Shown: piece by piece, positions 1-13,243 of the stretch | Layout: every line of letters begins with the position of its first letter | How positions within the stretch are numbered: the first letter of the stretch is position 1 | Source of the DNA: Verrucomicrobiota bacterium | GTDB lineage: Bacteria; Verrucomicrobiota; Verrucomicrobiia; Limisphaerales; SXTU01 | Reading direction: 5' to 3' | Length of the DNA: 64,000 nt | NCBI GenBank assembly: GCA_039796295.1 | Contig: JBDKJY010000037.1 | Location: 2,199-66,198 of the forward strand | Program-made: the position numbers and the translations under genes | The notes under the pieces: model-generated | The model's input: only the letters and a program-made list of their open reading frames with translations | Database searches by the model: none | Told to the model about the DNA's origin: nothing

Positions 1-27
1 CCAGTTCGTTTTGGGTGGGGGGCGCGA

Positions 28-780
28 TCAGCTTCTGGCCTGCACGCTGCCAAGACCGCCATCCACGCCGAGAACCTGACCCGTGACCCAGCTTTGCTCG
101 CGGTCCAGCAGCCAGCAGATGGCGGAAGCCACCTCCGCCGGTTCGCCGATGCGGCCGAGGGGGTGCAGGGCGGCGGAAGCCTTGGCGACAGTTTCATTCT
201 GGGTGAGCGCACGGGTCAAATCTGTGCGGGTGAGTCCGGGGGCGACGCAGTTCACCCGCACGCCCTGGCGCGCGTAAGTCGCGGCGGCGGCCAGCGCCAG
301 GCCTTCGACCCCGGCTTTCGCGGCGGCAATGGCTTCGTGATTGACCAGCCCGCGCCGCGCGGCCACCGACGAACACAACACAATGCTCCCGCCTCCGGCT
401 TGTCGCATCATGAGTCGGGTGGCGGCGCGAAGGAGGTTGAAGGCCGTGGTGAGATTGATCGCCAGCGTGTCGGCGAATTCCTGGTCGCTGATAAGGTGGG
501 CGGGCTTGAGCAGGATGGAGCCGGCGCAGTTGACCACGCCATCCACACGCCCGTGGCTGGCCACCACGGACTGCATCAAAGCATCCACGGCCGCACTGTC
601 GCGGGCGTCGCAGGTAATGGCCTGGGCGGCGGTCTCGGTGGCGACCGTTTGGAGACGCCCGGCATCCCGCCCAGCCAGCACGATCCGGCAATCGCGGGCG
701 GCCAGCCGCCGCGCCACTGCCGAACCGATGCCACCAGCCCCACCGACAATCACCATCACTGGAGAGGTTTCATTATTCAT
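28..780 (-). CDS. SDR family short-chain dehydrogenase/reductase
   Basis: ORF 28..897. Glycine-rich NAD(P) motif VIVGGAGGIGSA near the N-terminus, plus NCAG and VNCVAPG motifs typical of classical SDRs. Start moved to the ATG at 780 (MNNETSPVMVIVGG). Confidence 0.85.
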   Translation of the reverse strand: MNNETSPVMVIVGGAGGIGSAVARRLAARDCRIVLAGRDAGRLQTVATETAAQAITCDARDSAAVDALMQSVVASHGRVDGVVNCAGSILLKPAHLISDQEFADTLAINLTTAFNLLRAATRLMMRQAGGGSIVLCSSVAARRGLVNHEAIAAAKAGVEGLALAAAATYARQGVRVNCVAPGLTRTDLTRALTQNETVAKASAALHPLGRIGEPAEVASAICWLLDREQSWVTGQVLGVDGGLGSVQARS

Positions 781-1435
781 AAATCGATTCGCCCAGATGC
801 CATCTGCATTCAAACAGCCGCCAACAGTAGCGCGAGTTCGTAGTGTTGCCAGTTTGGATCGCAGACAAACTTTCGGGAGGGGGGATAGGCGGCTCATCCA
901 GACTCGTGAGGCGCGACTCAGGGAAGCTAAAAGAAGACCGCATCACCTGCACCAGCGTGGACGCCGCCGCCAAGGTGCGCGACCTGAATTACAAATGCCT
1001 GGCCGAAGGCGAAGGCGCGACCGCCCCTGTTCGCTTCGGCTCCGACGGCATCACCCTCGGCGACCCGAACCGCGCGGGCGAAGGGGCGGAGAAGGTGTTT
1101 AAGAAGATTTACGACAAGGCGGTTTGACCGCTGATTCCGCCCGGCGTCGGCAACGTTCAGTCAGCTCACAATCCCTGAGAAAACCGCAGACGCGCGATGC
1201 GCGCCTACCGTTTCGCTGACTTTCAACCTGTGGCGGTCACGCACTGCACGGCACCGTTTGGAACCCGGGGCGCCCCGTCGGCTGCCAGCCGGCGAAACAG
1301 CAGACTGCAAGTATGCGCTACGGTAACTGCGCCGCTCGACTGCGGAGGTTGAGCTTCAATGGCTGCCGGTCGTCCGGGAAATCTGCGTGACTCTGTCGCG
1401 TGGTTTGCTACTCCAGACCGCGTCATACACACCTC

Positions 1436-2329
1436 ATGAACTACACCCGACGCTCCTTTCTCACCTCCGCCCTCGGTTCCGCCGCCCTCGCCGCCAGCGC
1501 CTCCGCTGCCGAGAAGGTCAGGTTGCCCGAGGTGAAATCGCCGCTGTTCTCCAAGCCGTCGAAGATGCATCTCGGCACCGTCACCTACAATCTGGCCGAG
1601 AAGTGGGATGTCGCCACGATCATCCAGAACTGCACCGAGGCGAAGTTCGAGGGCGTCGAGCTGCGCACCGGTCACGCGCACAAGGTCGAGGTGGACTTGA
1701 CCAAGGCCCAGCGCGCCGAGGTGAAGAAGCGCTTCGCCGACTCGCCGGTGAAGCTCTGGAGCCTCGGCAGCGCGTTCGACTACCACACGCCCGATCAGGC
1801 CAAGCTCCGCAAGGACATCGAGGCGACGAAGGAATACATCCTCCTCGGCGAAGACGTCGGCGCGACCGGCGTGAAGGTCCGGCCGAACGCTTTGCCCAAG
1901 GAAGTTCCGGTTGAGAAGACGCTCGACCAAATCGGCAAGTCCTTGCGCGAGCTGGGCGAGTTCGGCGCGCAGCACGGCCAGCAGATTCGCCTCGAGGTCC
2001 ACGGCACGGGCACCAACCTCGTCCCCCACATCAAGACCATCCTCGACGCCGCTGATCACAAGAACGTCGGCCTCTGTTGGAACTCCAACCAGTCCGACAT
2101 CTTCGGCGACGGTTGGGACGCGAACTTCAACCTCGTGAAGAAGCACATCTTCACCGTCCACATGCGCGACCTCTACTTGGAGGAGTATCCCTTCCGCAAG
2201 CTGCTCACCGGCCTGAACGAAATCGGCTTCACCGGCTTCACCTTCGCGGAGATACCGCCGAGCACCGACCCCATCCGGGTGATGAAGTATTACCGTTCGC
2301 TCTGGTTGGCGTATCAGGGGCTGCTGTAG
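1436..2329 (+). CDS. sugar phosphate isomerase/epimerase (xylose isomerase-like TIM barrel), Tat-signal
   Basis: ORF 1400..2329. Start moved to ATG 1436, giving MNYTRRSFLTSALGSAALAASASA (twin-arginine-like signal). The body resembles AP endonuclease 2/xylose-isomerase-like TIM barrels. Confidence 0.8.
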   Translation: MNYTRRSFLTSALGSAALAASASAAEKVRLPEVKSPLFSKPSKMHLGTVTYNLAEKWDVATIIQNCTEAKFEGVELRTGHAHKVEVDLTKAQRAEVKKRFADSPVKLWSLGSAFDYHTPDQAKLRKDIEATKEYILLGEDVGATGVKVRPNALPKEVPVEKTLDQIGKSLRELGEFGAQHGQQIRLEVHGTGTNLVPHIKTILDAADHKNVGLCWNSNQSDIFGDGWDANFNLVKKHIFTVHMRDLYLEEYPFRKLLTGLNEIGFTGFTFAEIPPSTDPIRVMKYYRSLWLAYQGLL

Positions 2330-2495
2330 GGAAGTGGGAGAGTAATCAGTGTTCAGTATCCAGTGTTCAGTCGGGTCCGGCACTCGATGGCTTCCTCCAA
2401 TTGTTCCTGACTGGTAGTGGAGTTGGAATCTCGGCAGGCTCCCATCGCGCGACAGCACCGACTACTGAACACCGAACACGGCTTACTTCCCTAAC

Positions 2496-3341
2496 ATGGA
2501 CATCAAACGCGCCATCATCACCGCCGCTGGCAAGAGCCAGCGCACGCTCCCGCTCCAGTCCCTCGTGGACCGCGACGGCCAGACCAAGACCGCCCTGGCC
2601 ATCATCATCGAGGAAGTCCTCGCGGCGGGCATCGAGGAACTCTGCGTGGTGATCTGCCCCGGCGACGAGAAGGTTTACCGCGCGGCGGCTGGCGAGCACG
2701 CGAAGCGCCTTGAATTCGTCGAGCAGAAGAAGCCGCTCGGCTACGGCCACGCGGTGTCGTGCGCCGCGAAGTTCGCCGGCAAGAAACCCTTCCTCCTGCT
2801 CGTCGGCGACCACCTCTACGTCAGCGGCGAGGTCCGCCGGTGCGCCCAGCAGCTCGTCGAGGTCGCGGCGACGGAGAACTGCGCCGTGTCCGCCGTGCAA
2901 GCCACGCACGAGAGCAAGCTACCTTACTACGGCGCGATTGGTGGCCGCCTCGTGGCCGCTCGCAAGGGCCGCTACGAAATCACCGAGGTCGTCGAGAAAC
3001 CCACGCCGACCGAGGCGGAGCAACGGCTCATCGTCCCCGGCCTGCGCGCAGGCCACTACCTTTGCTTCTTCGGGATGCACGTCCTCACGCCTTCGGTCAT
3101 GGCGTTGCTTGCGGAGGAAGTCGCCGCTGCTGGTTCGCGTGGTGGCGTCCACCTCTCCGCCACCCTGGCCAAGCTCGCGCGTAAGGAGCGTTACCTCGCT
3201 GCCGAGCTGACCGGTCGCCGCTACGACATCGGCGCGCACTACGGCCTGCTCACCGCGCAACTCGCTCTCGCCCTCAGCGGCAAGGACCGGGATGAAGTGC
3301 TGACGGGGCTGGTGGAACTGCTGGCCCAGCGGGTGAAGTAA
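2496..3341 (+). CDS. sugar-1-phosphate nucleotidyltransferase (GalU/UTP-glucose-1-P uridylyltransferase-like)
   Basis: 281-aa ORF. N-terminal [11 protein letters not shown] motif (nucleotidyltransferase G-x-G-x-R type) and LGYGHAV motif. Confidence 0.75.
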   Translation: MDIKRAIITAAGKSQRTLPLQSLVDRDGQTKTALAIIIEEVLAAGIEELCVVICPGDEKVYRAAAGEHAKRLEFVEQKKPLGYGHAVSCAAKFAGKKPFLLLVGDHLYVSGEVRRCAQQLVEVAATENCAVSAVQATHESKLPYYGAIGGRLVAARKGRYEITEVVEKPTPTEAEQRLIVPGLRAGHYLCFFGMHVLTPSVMALLAEEVAAAGSRGGVHLSATLAKLARKERYLAAELTGRRYDIGAHYGLLTAQLALALSGKDRDEVLTGLVELLAQRVK

Positions 3342-3406
3342 TCTGAGCCACGGATGAAACACGGACCGAAGTCCTTCCCCATCCGTGTTTCTTACGTGTT
3401 CAATCC

Positions 3407-6769
<3,363 letters not shown>

Positions 6770-6942
6770 CGCCCGTCCCCGAGGCCAGTCGGGGGGATAC
6801 TAACTGAACGCCACGGCGCGCGCCTGCGCCCCGGCTTCCCCCTGCCTTCCTGCTCCTCTTCCCCGCTTCCTCCCGCAAATTCCCCTTGGTTCCGCGCGTT
6901 GCTTGTTGGTTAATGGGCGTGAGCCACAAGCCAATTCGCACC

Positions 6943-8259
6943 ATGCAAATCCTGAACTCCCGCCGCCACTTTCTCCAGACCTCTGCCGCTGTCGCCGCCG
7001 CGACCACGCTGCCGCAGTGGTTCCTCGCCGAGTCCGCGCAGGCCGCGACGAAGCCGCTCGGACCGAATGACAAACCCGGCGTCGCGCTCATCGGCTGCGG
7101 TGGGCGGGGCAGGGGAGTGGCGCGCGAGGCAGCGGCGCTCGGCCAGATGCTCGCCGTGTGCGACGTGGACGACGTGAACCTCGCGCAGGCGCAGAAGACT
7201 TGGCCCGAAGCGAAGCTCTACAAGGATTTCCGCAAGCTGCTCGAACGCGAGGACGTTCACATCATTGTCAACGGCACGCCGGACCACTGGCACACGCTCG
7301 TGAATCTCGCCGCGCTCAAGGCGGGCAAGGACATCTACAGCGAGAAGCCGCTGACGTTGACGATTGATGAGGGTAAGCGACTGGTGCAGGCGGTGCGCGA
7401 CTCGAAGCGCATCCTCCAGACCGGCAGCCAGCAGCGGAGCGACAAGAACTTCCGGCTCGCCTGCGAGCTGGTGCGCAACGGCCGCATCGGAAAGCTCAAG
7501 CACGTCAACGTCTGGCTGCCGCACGGACGACGCGAAGGGCCGTTTCAGACGACGCCCTTGCCCGCCGGCCTCGACTGGGACATGTGGCAGGGGCAGGTGG
7601 CGAAGACGGATTACGTGAAGGAGAAGACCCACGTCACGTTCCGCTACTTCTGGGAATACTCCGGCGGCACGACGACCGACTGGGGCGCGCATCACAACGA
7701 CATCGCGCTCTGGGGCACGGGCTTCGAGCGCAGCGGCCCGGTGAGCGTCGAGGGGCAGTCGCTGGTGCCGATGATTCCCGGCGGCTTCACGGCGGCGAGC
7801 GAATACGCCGTGGCCTACACCTACGCCAACGGCGTGACGCAGCTCACGCGCAGCACGCCCGGCAATGATTGGAAAGGCTCCGTTCTGGACAAGGAGGCGC
7901 AGCAGCACGGCGTGCGGTTCGAGGGGACGGGCGGCTGGATTTTCGTCACGCGTGGCAAGCTTGAGGCGAGCCACGGCGACCTGCTCACGACGCCCTTGCC
8001 CGCCTCGGCGAAGCGGCTCTACACGAGCGACAACCACATGAAGAACTTCTTCGACTGCGTGCGCTCGCGGCAGCAGCCGATTTGCGATGTGGAAATCGGC
8101 CACCGCTCCGTGACCGTCTGCCACCTCGGCGTGATTGCGATGCGTCTGGGCCGCGCGCTGAAGTGGAACCCGGCGACGGAGCAGTTCGTCGGGGACGCCG
8201 CCGCGAACGGCTGGCTCGCCCGCGAGCATCGCAAGCCGTGGAGCTACGAGACGGTCTGA
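6943..8259 (+). CDS. Gfo/Idh/MocA family oxidoreductase, Tat-signal
   Basis: ORF 6886..8259. ATG 6943 gives MQILNSRRHFLQTSAAVAAATTLP (Tat-like). GVALIGCGGRG Rossmann motif and a GTPDHWH/EKP motif are typical of the family. Confidence 0.85.
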   Translation: MQILNSRRHFLQTSAAVAAATTLPQWFLAESAQAATKPLGPNDKPGVALIGCGGRGRGVAREAAALGQMLAVCDVDDVNLAQAQKTWPEAKLYKDFRKLLEREDVHIIVNGTPDHWHTLVNLAALKAGKDIYSEKPLTLTIDEGKRLVQAVRDSKRILQTGSQQRSDKNFRLACELVRNGRIGKLKHVNVWLPHGRREGPFQTTPLPAGLDWDMWQGQVAKTDYVKEKTHVTFRYFWEYSGGTTTDWGAHHNDIALWGTGFERSGPVSVEGQSLVPMIPGGFTAASEYAVAYTYANGVTQLTRSTPGNDWKGSVLDKEAQQHGVRFEGTGGWIFVTRGKLEASHGDLLTTPLPASAKRLYTSDNHMKNFFDCVRSRQQPICDVEIGHRSVTVCHLGVIAMRLGRALKWNPATEQFVGDAAANGWLAREHRKPWSYETV

Positions 8260-8290
8260 GGCGCAGAGGCTTTGCTCGGCGGGCCTCCGC

Positions 8291-9991
8291 TCACTTGCTC
8301 CGGTTGATCTTGAAGCTGGAGACGCTGCCCTTGGCCGGGGTTGCGTTCCATTCCGGCAGGCTGGTCTTAGGCGCGGCGGTGGGGGCCATGAGGGCGAGTT
8401 GCTCCACTTGGTGCATCATGGAGGAGAGGTTCACGTTGGCCTTGGAGAGCTCGAACTGGGCTTTCTTCAACTCGGATTCCAGCCCTTGCAGGCGGGTTTT
8501 GAAGATCACGAGCATGGCGACGCCGAGGAACAGGATCAGGGCCGAGATCAGCATGCTGATGATCGGGACCCAGTTCGCGTCGCTGCCGCCAGCGGCGGGG
8601 GCGGCGAGCGGGGCCGTCAGCTCGCGACCGCGGGGTTCGGCCACCGGCTCGCGTGTCCGCGCCGGCTCGTTGAGGATTCCCCCGGCGTTGGTGTCCGCCG
8701 CACCGCCGGGCGGGAGGCGGAAAAAATCAGGCGTGGACGGAGCGGGGGCGGGTTCCTTCGTCGCCGCCGGCGCGACGGGGGCAGGTGGGGCAGTGAAGGG
8801 CGGAAGGCTCAGTTCCTTGGCGGTGGTGCCGGGTGGGGCGGATTTGGTGAACGCGGGCGGCGGGGGCACCTCCATGGCCTTGCCCGGCGGGGGCAGCGTG
8901 GGGATGGCGGGGAGCGGTTCCCGTTCCCGCAGGGCGCTGGCGGCGTTCAAGCTGGTGGAAGCCTCCGGCGGGGGCGGTGTGAGGGCGGGTTCTTTGCCGG
9001 TGTAGGACAGTGGCACAAAGGTGCCGGGGGTCGGCTTGGTCGGCGTGAACCCGGTGGCCGCGGCGGTCATCGGGGACTTCTCCGGCACTGCCGCCAACGC
9101 GGTCGGGGCGGCGGGCGCGGGACGGCCGCCTTGACCGAGGTGTTGCTTGGCCAGCTCGTGACCCTGTGCGGCTGCTTTTTCAATCCACGCGCGGCCTTCC
9201 GTTTCGTTGCGCTCTGTGCCTTCGCCGACGAGGAGGGCGCGACCGTAATCGAATTGCGCGCCGGGGAAATTCTGGACCGCCGCCTTGCGAATCCACTTCG
9301 TTGCTTCCTTCAAGTCTTGCTCGACGCCTTGGCCCAACTGGTAAAGCCGCCCGAGCAGGAACTGCGCGCGTGCGTCCTCGCCGGGAGGATACGCTGCCCG
9401 GCGCAGCCAGCGGGACGCTTCAACGAGGTCTTTCTCGACGCCGTTGCCGTTGATGTAGGCGAGCCCGACGTTGCACTGCGAACGCGCGTCGTCTTGCTCC
9501 GCTGCTTTGCGGAACCACTCGAAGGCTTTCTTGCTGTCCTTGAGCACGCCTTCGCCTTTCAGGTAGCAGAGGGCGACGTTGTATTGCGCGTCGGGCAAGC
9601 CCTGTTGGGCGGCGAGTTCATACCACTTCACGGCCTCGCGGAGGTCAGCGGTCACGCCCTCCCCTTGGTCGTAGAGCGTGCCCAAGACATATTGCGCCCG
9701 CGCGTCCCGTTGTAGCGCTGCTGCGCGCACCCAGCGGGCGCCTTCGGCCAAGTCCTGCGTGACGCCCTCGCCGCCGAGGTAGGCGTGGCCGAGGAGGCGC
9801 TGGGCGATGACATCCCCGCGCTCCGCCGCCGCGCGGAGTTCCGCGAAGGAGCGGATGGTCGGAGCGCTGGGTGAGAGTGCCGGGGCGGCTACCACCGCAT
9901 GGTTGACTGCGAGCAATAGCGCCGTTGCGAGTGCCAAGGTGAGGTGGACGAGGCCGTTGCCCAGTCGGAGCGGCGTGAGAAATTTGGTCAT
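8291..9991 (-). CDS. Sel1-repeat (TPR-like) protein with Pro-rich linker, one TM helix and C-terminal coiled coil
   Basis: ORF 8291..10045; start moved to ATG 9991 (MTKFLTPL, signal-like). About 7 Sel1 units (A..W..KAA.QG...AQ..LG..Y..G.GV..D). These are followed by a PAP-rich segment, the TM helix WVPIISMLISALILFLGVAMLVIF, and a coiled coil. Confidence 0.85.
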   Translation of the reverse strand: MTKFLTPLRLGNGLVHLTLALATALLLAVNHAVVAAPALSPSAPTIRSFAELRAAAERGDVIAQRLLGHAYLGGEGVTQDLAEGARWVRAAALQRDARAQYVLGTLYDQGEGVTADLREAVKWYELAAQQGLPDAQYNVALCYLKGEGVLKDSKKAFEWFRKAAEQDDARSQCNVGLAYINGNGVEKDLVEASRWLRRAAYPPGEDARAQFLLGRLYQLGQGVEQDLKEATKWIRKAAVQNFPGAQFDYGRALLVGEGTERNETEGRAWIEKAAAQGHELAKQHLGQGGRPAPAAPTALAAVPEKSPMTAAATGFTPTKPTPGTFVPLSYTGKEPALTPPPPEASTSLNAASALREREPLPAIPTLPPPGKAMEVPPPPAFTKSAPPGTTAKELSLPPFTAPPAPVAPAATKEPAPAPSTPDFFRLPPGGAADTNAGGILNEPARTREPVAEPRGRELTAPLAAPAAGGSDANWVPIISMLISALILFLGVAMLVIFKTRLQGLESELKKAQFELSKANVNLSSMMHQVEQLALMAPTAAPKTSLPEWNATPAKGSVSSFKINRSK

Positions 9992-10293
9992 GTTGCGAAG
10001 TCGGCCCGCGTTCACACCAGCCAGTGGGAGAAAACTGCGGGCCAAGCGCGCGCATCGTGAAAGCCGCCCTCCGTAGTGTCAAGGTTGGGCTGCCCTTGGG
10101 CGAGTTCACGGGCGCATCTCCGCTTGGGCTACGGGGGGCGCAACTTGGTGTCCGCACCGTGACAGAGGAAACAGCCTCGCCCGGCGAGGCCCGACCAAGT
10201 TCATGGAATGGCAGAGGAGCGCCTCGCGGTCCACCTGCTTCCAGCGGGGTTCTTTGCGAAAACGGTTTCTGCGCAGGGCAGTCCCCGCGCACG

Positions 10294-11814
10294 TCAGGGC
10301 TGGTTCACCCGTTGGGCCACGAAGGATTGGCCGAGCTGGCCGTAGCGGCTCACGGCGGTGACGGCGATGACTTCGGGCAACGGCCCCGCCGCGCTGCGGA
10401 AGCTGCGGTTCAGCTGGCTGCTGGGGAGGAGTTCGGTCTGCCATGCGTTGGTCCCGCGCATCTGCACGAGCCACCAGCCGGGCGCGCTGCCATCGGGCAT
10501 CACCCACTGGAAGACGGAGACGCTCTTCGCCGCGTCCTGGCCGAAGGCAACTTGGGGGCGCGTGGGAATGGCTTTGTCCAGCCACGGGGAGGCGGGGATG
10601 AGCGCGGGGGTAAGGTTGATTTGGCGGAGGAGTTTGTTGGCGAGGTCGTCGCGGTTTTGGTGCAGGGCCTTGATGCTCCATTGCAGGCTGCCGCTCGCGC
10701 CGGGTTGCGCGCGGGTGAGCTGGAGTTGTTTGATGATTTCGTCCGCACTGCGACCGGGGCCGATGTTGGCGGAGGCGAGGCCGGGCCAGAGGTGGCGCGC
10801 AGCGGAGTTTTGCTCGGCCCACCATTTCAGGAGCACGGGGAAACTCTGCTCCGGCGCGTCAATCGCCCAGTAGAGCTGCGGCGCGAGGTAGTCCATCCAG
10901 CCGGCGCGGAACCACTTGAGGGCGTCGGCGTAAAGCTCCTGCGTGGCGTCCATGCCGCGGATGCCGGGGGGCGTGCCGGGCTTCCAGATGCCGAAGGGGC
11001 TGAGGCCGACTTTCACCCACGGCTTCTCGGCCTTCACGGTGGTGTAGAGGCGCTGGACGAAGCGGTTCACGTTGTCGCGCCGCCAGTCGTCGCGCGCGAG
11101 CGGGCCGCCGGCCTGCTGGTATTTCTTCCAACTGGCGGTGTCCGGGAAATCCATCGGCTTCTTCGCCGCGTCCTTCTCGCGGTAGGGATAGAAGTAGTCG
11201 TCGAGGTGGACGCCATCCACGTCGTAGCGGCGCACGACATCGAGGATGACCCGGAGCGAATGCTCGTGGACGAGCGGCTCGCCGGGGTCGAGCCAGAGCA
11301 GCTTGCCGTAAGCGCGGACCAGCTCGGGCCGGGTCTTGCTGATGTGATTGTGGGCGACGGGGCCCTTCGCCGAGTTGTGCCGGGCGCGGAAGGGATTGAA
11401 CCACGCGTGCAGCTCCAGCCCGCGCCGGTGTGCCTCGGCGACGGCGAAGGCCAGTGGGTCGTAATACGGCTCGGGCGCGCGGCCCATGCTGCCGGTGAGG
11501 TATTCACTCCACGGTTCGAGCTTCGAGGCGTAGAGGGCGTCGCAGCCGGGGCGGACTTGGAGGACGACGGCGTTGAGGTGGAGGGCGCGGGCCTTGTCGA
11601 GCAAGGCGAGGAGCTCGGTCTGCTGCTGCTGCGTGGTCAGGCCGGCCTTCGAGGGCCAGTCGATGTTCCCGACGGAGGCGATCCACGCGCCGCGAAACTC
11701 GCGCGGCAGTGCCGGGGGTGTGAGCGCCGAGGGGATGTAGCTCACGCCCGCGCCGCGAGCGGGGACCGCCACGGTGGCGGCAGCCAAGGCGAGCAAGGTC
11801 TGGCGGCGGTTCAC
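10294..11814 (-). CDS. glycoside hydrolase-like family 10 (GHL10/YngK-like) protein
   Basis: ORF 10294..11910 (TTG). The likely start is GTG 11814, giving a VNRRQTLLALAAA Tat-like signal. FRGAWIASVGNIDWPS and HAWFNPF motifs are typical of PF02638-type proteins. Confidence 0.75.
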   Translation of the reverse strand: MNRRQTLLALAAATVAVPARGAGVSYIPSALTPPALPREFRGAWIASVGNIDWPSKAGLTTQQQQTELLALLDKARALHLNAVVLQVRPGCDALYASKLEPWSEYLTGSMGRAPEPYYDPLAFAVAEAHRRGLELHAWFNPFRARHNSAKGPVAHNHISKTRPELVRAYGKLLWLDPGEPLVHEHSLRVILDVVRRYDVDGVHLDDYFYPYREKDAAKKPMDFPDTASWKKYQQAGGPLARDDWRRDNVNRFVQRLYTTVKAEKPWVKVGLSPFGIWKPGTPPGIRGMDATQELYADALKWFRAGWMDYLAPQLYWAIDAPEQSFPVLLKWWAEQNSAARHLWPGLASANIGPGRSADEIIKQLQLTRAQPGASGSLQWSIKALHQNRDDLANKLLRQINLTPALIPASPWLDKAIPTRPQVAFGQDAAKSVSVFQWVMPDGSAPGWWLVQMRGTNAWQTELLPSSQLNRSFRSAAGPLPEVIAVTAVSRYGQLGQSFVAQRVNQP

Positions 11815-12173
11815 AGCGCGGAGGCTAGCGGGCGGAGCGGAGGGAACCAAGCTGTAACGTGGCGCGCGGGTGTGTCGCCGACCAGCCGCAGCCTTCCCGC
11901 CCTCCCGCAATCATCGCTCAACGCAGACTAGCCAGAGGTGAGCACCTGCTGCGACTGGTGCCGCGCGCACAGTCGGCCTCGGTTCCGTTTGCTGTTCGGG
12001 GGCAAGGCTGGCGCTGCGGCCACGGAACCGTGCGTGGCAGGAAACGCTTTGCTTCGGCCACCTCGTTATACAGAATCCGCCACCCGATGAACGACGCCTC
12101 TCCCACCCTCGCTGCCACGCTAGGCGGGGGGGGCTGAACCGCAGCGGCTTCCTCTTTGCCCACCGCCCCACCC

Positions 12174-13214
12174 ATGAGCCACGTCAGCGACTACTTCCAA
12201 ACCCTCGGCCAGACAATGGCCAGCCAGCTCGGCGACCACCCCGAGCCGGACAGTGTCTTCGCGGCCATCGCCACCGATGTGTTAAGCGCGGTGCCTGCGC
12301 CCCCGATTGACGTTCTGGCGATGGCGGACTGGGCCGGGCAACAAGATCCGCTCCCCAAGCAGGTCAACTTCAAGTCTGGCTTCGGTCAGCCGCCGCTGGT
12401 GGTCTTCGTGGCCCCCGGCTTCTACATCGAGGTGCTCTTCTGGTTCCCCAGCCGCACCGGCATCCACGGGCACGGGTTCACGGGCGCGTTCCGGGTGCTG
12501 AACGGTTGCTCGGTCCAGGTCGAATACCGGTTCCTCGAGGAGTCCGCCCCGGAGGAGGGACTGCGGCTCGGTAAGCTGGTCGCGCAGGGGATCGAGATGG
12601 TCGCGCCGGGCAAGGTGTGTTCCATCCTGGGCCGGGATGACTTCATCCACTGCGTCGCGCATCTGGGCAACCCCTCCCTCACGCTGGTGGCCCGCACCTA
12701 CGGCAGCAAGGACCTGCGGCAATTCTCCTTCCATCGGTGCGGCTTTGCCCTCCGGGCGAAATACCAGCAGCAGACCATGGAACGGCAGGCGGCGGTGCTG
12801 GCGGCGGTGTTCAAGGCCCGCCCGGCGGCCTTCAGAGAACGGCTCCTGGCCTATCTCGCCGCCACCGACTGCGCCGCCTGCTATGCCGTCCTGAGTGAAC
12901 TCAAGTCCCTCCTCGCCTTTCCCGTGTTCACCAAGCAGGTGCTGCCCGCCGTCCGGGAGCGCTTCGGGGCCACCCACGCGCCCGCACTGGCGGCCCTCGA
13001 CGAGGACGTTCGCTCCAACGGCATCTGGGGCCTGATCGGTAAGCTCAACGATCCCCGGCAGCAGCTCCAGCACGCCCTCACCGAGCTATTCCCCGACGAG
13101 CGGGAACGCGATGCCCTCATCTGCCAATCCCTCGGCGTGGCGGATGCCCAGCCGGTGTTAGCGGAATGGTTGCGGATCGCCGAACAGTCCTCTGCTCCGC
13201 CGGCCACTGGTTGA
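12174..13214 (+). CDS. hypothetical protein, cupin-like N-terminal half
   Basis: ORF 12156..13214 (TTG); ATG at 12174. GIHGHGFTGAFRVLNGCSVQVEY resembles a metal-binding double-stranded beta-helix motif. The C-terminal half is helical. Convergent with the cyclase gene. Confidence 0.6.
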   Translation: MSHVSDYFQTLGQTMASQLGDHPEPDSVFAAIATDVLSAVPAPPIDVLAMADWAGQQDPLPKQVNFKSGFGQPPLVVFVAPGFYIEVLFWFPSRTGIHGHGFTGAFRVLNGCSVQVEYRFLEESAPEEGLRLGKLVAQGIEMVAPGKVCSILGRDDFIHCVAHLGNPSLTLVARTYGSKDLRQFSFHRCGFALRAKYQQQTMERQAAVLAAVFKARPAAFRERLLAYLAATDCAACYAVLSELKSLLAFPVFTKQVLPAVRERFGATHAPALAALDEDVRSNGIWGLIGKLNDPRQQLQHALTELFPDERERDALICQSLGVADAQPVLAEWLRIAEQSSAPPATG

Positions 13215-13243
13215 GACTCGCCGGGCCGGGGTGCCCCAGCGCG

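Noticed and set aside
843-1127. 94-aa ORF ending ..GEGAEKVFKKIYDKAV
   Set aside because: It has no recognisable motif, and its start overlaps the extended SDR ORF. It could be a small gene or a remnant, but I cannot support a call.
12174-13214. The cupin-like protein as the missing lasso leader peptidase (B2)
   Set aside because: No transglutaminase-core Cys/His/Asp pattern is visible. The motif present is a His-rich beta-helix type, and the gene is on the opposite strand.
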